Origin: Prevotella sp. | GTDB lineage: Bacteria; Bacteroidota; Bacteroidia; Bacteroidales; Bacteroidaceae | Assembly (NCBI GenBank): GCA_024692385.1 | Contig: JAILMS010000102.1 | Coordinates: forward strand, 1 to 51,370 | Direction of reading: 5' to 3' | Length of the DNA: 51,370 bases | Shown: in pieces, positions 6,087 through 12,893 of the stretch | How the letters are laid out: every line of letters starts with the position of its first letter | Position numbering within the stretch: position 1 is the stretch's first letter | Notes under the pieces: generated by a model | Database searches by the model: none | Told to the model about the DNA's origin: nothing | Seen by the model: the letters and a program-made list of their open reading frames with translations, nothing else | Position numbers and translations under genes: made by a program

Positions 6087-9083
6087 TTAGAAACGGCCTG
6101 GGCCACCGAAGCCACCACCAGGACGTCCGCCTCCGAAGCCGCCGCCAGGACCACCGAAGCCACCGCCACGGCCACCACGACCGCCACCAGGCATAGGACC
6201 TCCGAAGCCAGGACCACCCTGACCACGACGAGCACCCATACCTCCGAACAAGTTCAGACGGTAGATGACGTGCAGCATAGCATAGCTGGTAATAGCGTTA
6301 TACTCCATATCGGTACGCGACATAGCCGAAATAGTACGGCTGAAGGTTGACTGTTCTTTCAGAATATCGTAGAACTGCAACGACAGAGTCAGCGCATTGC
6401 CACGCAGGAACGACTGTGACACCTGAGCATTCCAGATGAGCTCGTTAGTATTCATCGAAGCATCGTTGTAACCACGACGGCTGTTCATGTTCAGGTTGGT
6501 TGACAACTGAGTACCCCAAGGAGCAGTAACCATCATGCTACCACCATAAGAGAAGGTCCATGTATCGAGGTCGTTGTTGCTCTGCAGCTGACTGCGGGCA
6601 TGCATATAGTCCACAGAACCGTTCAGTTCCAGTTCAAACCAACTGTTACGATAGCTGGCTGCCAGACGCTCGCCATAGGTTGTAGAGCGTGTCACAGACT
6701 CTTGTGAATCCTGCTGACTCAGGCTAACATAACCAACATTGTGAGCATAGCGCAAGGTGGTGAACGTGTTGACGTTGAAGTAACCTGCAGAGTCGATAGA
6801 TGTATTGAACATTACCATGGCGAAGGCATTCCAGTTACCATTGATATTCTCAGGACGAGTGGTGTTAACACCCGTCTTCTGATCATAAGTCACCTTGTTG
6901 GAGATGCTGTTGGCAGTGGTTGAGAAGTTTGCATTCACCATCAAGCTACGCTGGTGATTCTGCCAGTAGTTATTGTACTGGAAACGCATGTTCTGTGTGA
7001 ACGAAGGCTTCAAACCAGGATTACCCTCGCGGATGTTCAGCGGGTTGGAGTCGTCTCTGATATCCAACAGGTCGGTCATCGACGGCTGACTGGTATTGGC
7101 ACGGTAGTTGACACGCATCTGGCTCACATTCGAAATCTTCCAACGGAAGTCAGCTGTCGGCGACCAGTTGGTTACGGTACGCTCTGTCTGGGTGTTGATA
7201 TTCTGGTAGCGATAGTCGAGACGTGACTTCTGCGGTACCACCTGCATTCCGAGATTGAGGTTGTATGCATCACGCACCACGCGCAGCATGACCTCGGCTG
7301 TATGTATGTAGTTTTTGTATTCAGAGAATTGACTCAACGACTCAGACTTATAGGGGTCAAGCGGTGTATCACCCATCAGTGACAGATAGCGGTCCCAGCC
7401 ACGGTAGACAGGAACGACATTCATGAAGTCCCATCCATTACCGCCCAAATCATAGGTACCGCGGTCGCTCTTGCTGTACTTATACTGGTACTGGTAAGAA
7501 AACTGCAGATAGGTACGGCGCATGATTGGCTCACTATAGGTCAGACGGATGCTGTAGTCCCAGTTCTTGGTAGGTGTCACGGCATAGCGGTTGTTCTCCA
7601 CGTCAGGAGTCAGGACACCATTGATGGCGGTATAATATTTTACCTGGTCGTTAGAGAACGACTTACTCATACCCTCGCTATAGTTGGCACCCAAACGCAG
7701 AGTGATGTTGCGTCCATAATTGTTAAGCTTACGGTTATACTGTCCCCAGCCGCCTACGCTTTTGTTATCGCTGTAGCTCAGGCTGTTGCTAATATTGCTG
7801 TTCTTAACGATGCTGTTGCCCTCCTCGTCCTTCTCATTGACGAGCTGAGTCAGCTGGCTCAGAGGGTCTGTAATTCCCTTGATGGTATAGGGGTCTTTGC
7901 TGAAGGTTGCACTGGAGCCATCAGTCAGTCCATCGCTTGAGTTGTAGTTAAACTGCGGACGGAACATGATGTTGGTCATGGAGTCGGGAGTCCACTCAAT
8001 ACGGAACTGACCATTCCAGCTGTTCGAACGCGACAGATTGTTGCTGAGTCGGTTGCTGAATGAGCTAACTGAAGAGCTCATGAAGCTCTCAGAAGCTGTC
8101 TTGCTGACAGCATCACCATCACTGTGGTTCCAGCGGATGCTACCATCCAAGGTAAGGAGATCAGTCTTCTCATAGTTCAGGTTGATACCCGTCATCTTAG
8201 TAGCTGTCAAACCCTGACGGCCACCACCGAAACGGCCACCGCCACCGCCGAAGCCCATATCATTTACGTTGTTGGCGCTGGTCATGAGGAATGCTTTGAA
8301 GTCATCCTTCATCAAACCACCGAAGATACGGCTGCTATAGCGATCCTTTGTACCTGCTCCCAGGTCGGCATTGAGCATGATACCCTTGTTCATACCTGTC
8401 TTGATACCGAAATCGAGTACAGTTTCTTCCTCGCCATCATCGATACCACTGACGCGGGCCAGGTCACTCTTCTGGTCGTAAGCTCTTACGCGTTCAATAA
8501 TGTTTGTTGGCAGGTTCTTCATGGCGGTCTTCGTATCACCCGTCATAAACTCCTTACCATCCACCTTAATCTTCTTTACCTCTTTACCGTTGATGGTAAT
8601 CTTACCATCGTCGTCAACCTGAGCACCAGGCAGACGCTTTACCAGTTCCTCAACTACAGAACCCTCTGGCGTACGGTAGGCAGAAGCATTATATATAAAG
8701 GTGTCAGCCTTTACAATCACCTTCGAGGCATTACCAGTAACGGTAGTACCCTTCAGCATGATAGCGTCGGGCTTCAGTTCCAGCGTACCTAAGGCAACAT
8801 CCTTGTCGTCAGTTACCGTAACTCGCTTGGTATATGGTTTAAAACCCACACAAGTTACTTGCAGGATATACTTACCTGCCTTGGGGGCTGACACGCGGAA
8901 CTTACCTTCTAACGATGTCAAACCACCTGTAACCAATGTAGAATCACTGCGAAGCAGTTTTACCGTGGTCTGTGCTACTGGCTCCTGGGTGTCGCTCTCG
9001 ACTACCACTCCGCTCACATGACGCTGAGCCATCACAACCACATTACTTAGTAGAAATAAGATAATGAATAGATGCTTTCTCAT
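6087..9083 (-). CDS. Outer-membrane beta-barrel protein (TonB-dependent-receptor-like) with carboxypeptidase-regulatory-like N-domain and Gly/Arg-rich tail
   Basis: Signal peptide; N-terminal beta-sandwich; plug-like VEELVKRLPG...VDGKEF; GNPGLKPSF; amphipathic beta strands; GGPGG/RGG tail. Confidence 0.85.
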   Translation of the reverse strand: MRKHLFIILFLLSNVVVMAQRHVSGVVVESDTQEPVAQTTVKLLRSDSTLVTGGLTSLEGKFRVSAPKAGKYILQVTCVGFKPYTKRVTVTDDKDVALGTLELKPDAIMLKGTTVTGNASKVIVKADTFIYNASAYRTPEGSVVEELVKRLPGAQVDDDGKITINGKEVKKIKVDGKEFMTGDTKTAMKNLPTNIIERVRAYDQKSDLARVSGIDDGEEETVLDFGIKTGMNKGIMLNADLGAGTKDRYSSRIFGGLMKDDFKAFLMTSANNVNDMGFGGGGGRFGGGRQGLTATKMTGINLNYEKTDLLTLDGSIRWNHSDGDAVSKTASESFMSSSVSSFSNRLSNNLSRSNSWNGQFRIEWTPDSMTNIMFRPQFNYNSSDGLTDGSSATFSKDPYTIKGITDPLSQLTQLVNEKDEEGNSIVKNSNISNSLSYSDNKSVGGWGQYNRKLNNYGRNITLRLGANYSEGMSKSFSNDQVKYYTAINGVLTPDVENNRYAVTPTKNWDYSIRLTYSEPIMRRTYLQFSYQYQYKYSKSDRGTYDLGGNGWDFMNVVPVYRGWDRYLSLMGDTPLDPYKSESLSQFSEYKNYIHTAEVMLRVVRDAYNLNLGMQVVPQKSRLDYRYQNINTQTERTVTNWSPTADFRWKISNVSQMRVNYRANTSQPSMTDLLDIRDDSNPLNIREGNPGLKPSFTQNMRFQYNNYWQNHQRSLMVNANFSTTANSISNKVTYDQKTGVNTTRPENINGNWNAFAMVMFNTSIDSAGYFNVNTFTTLRYAHNVGYVSLSQQDSQESVTRSTTYGERLAASYRNSWFELELNGSVDYMHARSQLQSNNDLDTWTFSYGGSMMVTAPWGTQLSTNLNMNSRRGYNDASMNTNELIWNAQVSQSFLRGNALTLSLQFYDILKEQSTFSRTISAMSRTDMEYNAITSYAMLHVIYRLNLFGGMGARRGQGGPGFGGPMPGGGRGGRGGGFGGPGGGFGGGRPGGGFGGPGRF

Positions 9084-9113
9084 TGTTTTTAATGATTGAT
9101 GTTTTGCTTTCTA

Positions 9114-9140
9114 TGACGCACAAAAAGATGAAAAGTTTAA
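9114..9140 (-). promoter_or_regulatory. ECF-sigma-like promoter (TAAAC...GCGTC)
   Basis: Minus strand ttaaacttttcatctttttgtgcgtca about 30 nt upstream of the barrel gene; similar motif at 10927-10954. Confidence 0.55.
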
Positions 9141-9212
9141 TAATCTCAGAAAAAAATGGCGCAAAATTGACAATATTATCACAATTTGTATACGACTTTG
9201 CTATATTTGTTG

Positions 9213-9220
9213 TAATTTTG
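9213..9220 (+). promoter_or_regulatory. -7 box for aroB
   Basis: TAATTTTGCA 16 nt upstream of the ATG. Confidence 0.7.
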
Positions 9221-9236
9221 CACCCTGTAAACCGTT

Positions 9237-10292
9237 ATGAACCAGCAAAAAGTTGTAATATCTCAGCATTTTGAGCAATCGCTCAGCCAAGCATTGGCCG
9301 AGTGTAATTACGATTGTCTGTTCATTTTGGTAGACGAAACGACAGAGCGTTGCTGCCTGCCCGTGCTAACCTCAACGTTCAACGTTCAACGTTCAATGTT
9401 CAACGTCATCACCATCGGCACTACCGATCAGCACAAGACGCTCGACACGCTAAGTCATGTCTGGAGTGAATTGCAGCGAATGGGTGCTACCCGCCACTCA
9501 CTGATGATTAATCTGGGCGGTGGTATGGTGACCGATTTAGGAGGTTTTGCTGCTTCTACCTTCAAGCGCGGTATACATTATATTAATATACCCACTACCT
9601 TATTGTCCATGGTCGACGCTTCTGTTGGCGGCAAGACCGGTATCAACTTCGGCGGACTGAAGAACGAGATTGGTGTATTCAATAATGCCGACTGTGTCAT
9701 CTTAGACACCAAGTTCTTAAAGACCCTCGACCAAGAGAACATTCTCTCCGGTTATGCAGAGATGCTGAAGCACGGTCTTATTGACTGTGAAGAGCACTGG
9801 GCAGAGATTCTACGTAATCTTGAGAGTCCTGATCATTTAGAGAGACTGAGCTCACTTGTCTCCAAGAGTGTTGCCGTCAAACAGCACATCGTCACTGAAG
9901 ACCCCACGGAGAAAGGACTGCGCAAGGCACTGAACCTGGGACATACTGCAGGCCACGCTTTCGAGTCACTGGCGCTGGAGCGTAAACCCATCCTTCACGG
10001 CTATGCCGTAGCCTACGGATTGGTGGTTGAACTCTACCTGTCGTGTGTAAAAACTGGTTTCCCCACAGACAAGATGCGCCAGACGGTACAGTTTATCAAA
10101 GAACACTATGGCAAGATGGCCATCACCTGTGATGACTATCCCCATCTGCTGGAGCTAATGCATCACGACAAGAAAAACGAAGGTAGTGCCATCAACTTCA
10201 CCCTGCTGGCTGGTATTGGTGAGCTACGCATCAACCAAACGGCCACAGAAGAGGAGATTAAGGAAGCACTTGACTTCTACAGAGAGTATTAG
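9237..10292 (+). CDS. aroB: 3-dehydroquinate synthase
   Basis: GGGMVTDLGGF, PTTLLSMVDASVGGKTG, LNLGHTAGHAFE, HGYAV, DKKN. Confidence 0.96.
   Translation: MNQQKVVISQHFEQSLSQALAECNYDCLFILVDETTERCCLPVLTSTFNVQRSMFNVITIGTTDQHKTLDTLSHVWSELQRMGATRHSLMINLGGGMVTDLGGFAASTFKRGIHYINIPTTLLSMVDASVGGKTGINFGGLKNEIGVFNNADCVILDTKFLKTLDQENILSGYAEMLKHGLIDCEEHWAEILRNLESPDHLERLSSLVSKSVAVKQHIVTEDPTEKGLRKALNLGHTAGHAFESLALERKPILHGYAVAYGLVVELYLSCVKTGFPTDKMRQTVQFIKEHYGKMAITCDDYPHLLELMHHDKKNEGSAINFTLLAGIGELRINQTATEEEIKEALDFYREY
9372..9406 (+). repeat. (TCAAYGT)5 heptamer tract inside aroB
   Basis: tcaacgt tcaacgt tcaacgt tcaatgt tcaacgt, translating as STFNVQRSMFNV. Confidence 0.9.
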
Positions 10293-10334
10293 AGAAACTA
10301 CTACCTATTATAATTTGCTAATTAACCAAGTGTT

Positions 10335-10369
10335 GTAGGGCCCATCCGTGAGGACAGGCCCTACTTTTT
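10335..10369 (+). terminator. Intrinsic terminator after aroB
   Basis: gtagggcc-ca-tcc-gtga-gga-ca-ggccctac-ttttt. Confidence 0.8.
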
Positions 10370-10375
10370 GGTTTA

Positions 10376-10876
10376 TTAGAATTGTGCACGAGGGCCACCG
10401 TTATGACCAGGACCTCCAGGACGGCCACCACCGAAGCCACGACCAAATCCGCGACGTCCAGGGCGCGACTTCTGATACTGCTTGTATTGCTCTTCAGTGA
10501 GAATCTCTTTCAGTTTCTTTTCATACTCCTGACGCTTCTCCATGCGCTGCTTCATCTCTTCACGCTGCTCCTCAGTAAACTGTGGACGCTCCGGACGCTG
10601 CTGTCCGTTCTGAGCCTCACCATTACCTCTTCCAGGACGAGGACCACGCATGCCAGGACCTGCTATCACCTTCTCGTATTCCTTGTTCAGTGCCAACACC
10701 TTGGTTTTCTGATCATCAGTTAACTTCAGGTCGTTGCTCATACGCTCTGTCATCTGCTCGGGCGTCATTTGTCTTGGACCACGGAACTGCTGTGGGTTCT
10801 GATTGTTGTCATTCTCTTGAGCCTGTACTGCTGTCATTGACAGAAGGGCTACCATCATTAAAACGATCTTTTTCAT
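10376..10876 (-). CDS. DUF4890-like exported protein (Spy/CpxP-like LTxxQ helical protein)
   Basis: Signal peptide (AVQA); LKLTDDQK and ILTEEQYKQY motifs; Gly/Arg/Pro-rich linkers and tail. Confidence 0.75.
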   Translation of the reverse strand: MKKIVLMMVALLSMTAVQAQENDNNQNPQQFRGPRQMTPEQMTERMSNDLKLTDDQKTKVLALNKEYEKVIAGPGMRGPRPGRGNGEAQNGQQRPERPQFTEEQREEMKQRMEKRQEYEKKLKEILTEEQYKQYQKSRPGRRGFGRGFGGGRPGGPGHNGGPRAQF

Positions 10877-10926
10877 ACTTTTGTTTTTTTATTGGGTTAT
10901 ACATGTTTGTCGTCTTTCTGCTATTA

Positions 10927-10954
10927 AGACGCAACAAAGGTATGAATCGTTTAA
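10927..10954 (-). promoter_or_regulatory. ECF-sigma-like promoter overlapping a TACCTTTG box
   Basis: Minus strand ttaaacgattcatacctttgttgcgtct. Confidence 0.55.
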
Positions 10955-10970
10955 TGGGCTGCTCGTCAGT

Positions 10971-11003
10971 TTCAGCGAACAGCCCATATTATTCAGTGAA
11001 CAG
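10971..11003. promoter_or_regulatory. 12-bp direct repeat at 21-bp period (LytTR-type operator candidate)
   Basis: ttcagcgaacag (10971-10982) and ttcagtgaacag (10992-11003) just upstream of the promoter. Confidence 0.6.
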
Positions 11004-11023
11004 ACGAATTCTTACTATCTATC

Positions 11024-12685
11024 CTATAGTGTCTTAATTTGGCGCTCAAACTGCTCGCGATTGCCAATGGCACCATTCTTGATACGAGCACGATAGTTAT
11101 AGATGGTATTGACAGAATAGTGGAGGAATTCAGCAATCTTTGAAGAGTCTTCAATACCCAGACGGATAAGGGCAAAGATGCGAATTTCAGTAGTGAGACG
11201 ATTCTCCTCCTTTGGCTGTATGCGCACCTCAGGCAGCAACAGCGCATTGAAATCATTGACGAAGTTGGGGAACAAGTGCAGGAAGACACTGTCAAAGTTG
11301 AGGAAGAGTTCCTCTAACTCCTTTTCCTTGAGCTCCGTAGATTTGGAGATATGGAAGAGGTCTTCGAGTTCTTTGTTCTTCATCTTCTTATTCACCATCT
11401 TACGATAGTTGTCAAGCTTGTCGATATACTGTGAACAGAGGCTCATAAATCGACCGATATATTCTTCTTTGACGCGGTTGCTCTCAGATAGCTGGGCATT
11501 AAGGCTGGATAGTTGAGAATTCAGCGCTGAGAGTTCCTGAGTCTGCTCAGCCAACTGCCTATTCGCTGTTGCCAACTCGTCATTCGACTCCTTCAAGGCA
11601 TTACGGGCAGTAGCCAACTGCTTGTTACGACGGTGCAGGAACAACAGCACACCAAGGAGTAACAGCAACAGGATGCTGATAACGACAAGGGCAACCCATA
11701 GCTGAGCGGTGTTACGCTCACTCTGAGCCTTATAGTTTTTGGCAATGGTAGCCAACAAAGGAGCAATCTGCCAGTTACGCTGACGAGAGCCGTAGCGGTT
11801 GGCACAGTCGCTAGTGAAACTAATATAGCTCGATGCCTTATCTATATCGCCATTCAACATCAGTTCGTTGGCGAGTTCCCACATTGAGCCTTGGTCCATA
11901 GAAGCATTACGAATATCTGCCAATACCGACTCCACCAGCCAGTGCATCATCTGAGTACTGTCGCCACGCAACTTATATTCAATATAGCGATAGAGCGCCA
12001 CAAGAGCATAGGGATGTGAGCCCGGCTCTACGGTTTTCATCCACTCATCATTAATCTTCATGGCCTCGCCCAGATTGCCTTCAGCCTGTGCACGTTGTTC
12101 ACGACGCAAGAAACAAGACTCACTGGTAGGAGGCAATGTAGCCAGCATCAGCTGTTCGTAGTGTGAAGACTGCGCATTATAGTACTGATGCATATTGTCG
12201 AGACGCGTGTAATAGGCCAACTCGCTATATACATTATTATATGCCTCATAATAGGTGCCGATGGAAACGGTGTCTATATGGTAAACGTTAATGGAGTCAA
12301 GGATATTGAGCGCCTCGTCATACATACCGATATTCGAACAGCGAATAGCCAACAGCGAACGACATCTAACGGCTGACGACTGGTCTCCCATTTTGTCTGC
12401 CAGCGAGATGCACTGACGCAGGAAATACATGGCCGAATCACTGACAAAGGGCTTATAGAGCTCATAGAGCTGGTAGTTCTGCTGGTATTTCCCCCTTGGC
12501 GTAGTTTCCAAAGTCAAGGCATGACGAGCCTGTCCTATTTTCTGTTCACGAGCGGCTACATAGTCTTGTGAGTGGGCTATAGCCTCATCTATCTGCCGAC
12601 AATAATCCGACAGATTACGCTGACCACAGATCTGCAGCGTAAAAAAAGAAGAGTGAAGTATAAATAGTAATAGTAGCTTCTTCAT
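11024..12685 (-). CDS. DUF6377/SusR-like membrane-spanning transcriptional regulator of the PUL
   Basis: Signal peptide, TPR-like periplasmic region, one TM helix, coiled coil, then KEEYIGRF...FDSVFLHLFPNFV...RIFALIRLGIEDSSKIAEFLHYSVNTIYNYR HTH. Start set at ATG 12685 (MKKLLL). Confidence 0.88.
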   Translation of the reverse strand: MKKLLLLFILHSSFFTLQICGQRNLSDYCRQIDEAIAHSQDYVAAREQKIGQARHALTLETTPRGKYQQNYQLYELYKPFVSDSAMYFLRQCISLADKMGDQSSAVRCRSLLAIRCSNIGMYDEALNILDSINVYHIDTVSIGTYYEAYNNVYSELAYYTRLDNMHQYYNAQSSHYEQLMLATLPPTSESCFLRREQRAQAEGNLGEAMKINDEWMKTVEPGSHPYALVALYRYIEYKLRGDSTQMMHWLVESVLADIRNASMDQGSMWELANELMLNGDIDKASSYISFTSDCANRYGSRQRNWQIAPLLATIAKNYKAQSERNTAQLWVALVVISILLLLLLGVLLFLHRRNKQLATARNALKESNDELATANRQLAEQTQELSALNSQLSSLNAQLSESNRVKEEYIGRFMSLCSQYIDKLDNYRKMVNKKMKNKELEDLFHISKSTELKEKELEELFLNFDSVFLHLFPNFVNDFNALLLPEVRIQPKEENRLTTEIRIFALIRLGIEDSSKIAEFLHYSVNTIYNYRARIKNGAIGNREQFERQIKTL

Positions 12686-12705
12686 CGTAGTTTGGTTTCT
12701 GCTTG

Positions 12706-12799
12706 CAAAGTTACGAAAAAACGAGCGAAATGCAAAAGGAAAGCAAGCTTTTCTTTTGCATTTCCGAGTGCTATGTAACTTCGACGGAGTCAAAGTGAC
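12706..12799. repeat. Palindromic MITE/REP-like element flanked by copies of the -7 promoter box
   Basis: Long hairpin at 12727-12764; outer inverted repeat aagttac/gtaactt; flanking caaagttac (12706) and caaagtgac (12791). Confidence 0.6.
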
Positions 12800-12838
12800 A
12801 AAAAAGTCTGGAAAATGTCACCATTTCCCAGACAAAAA
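12800..12838 (-). terminator. Intrinsic terminator of the PUL operon
   Basis: Minus strand gtctgggaaatg-gtga-cattttccagac-tttttt. Confidence 0.8.
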
Positions 12839-12893
12839 TTCATTGAATATTACAATAAACAGCCTTTCTTTATATCTAACCCTATTATAACTG

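Noticed and set aside
12686-12793. N-terminal extension of the DUF6377 regulator
   Set aside because: It spans the palindromic element and promoter; the signal peptide begins at 12685.
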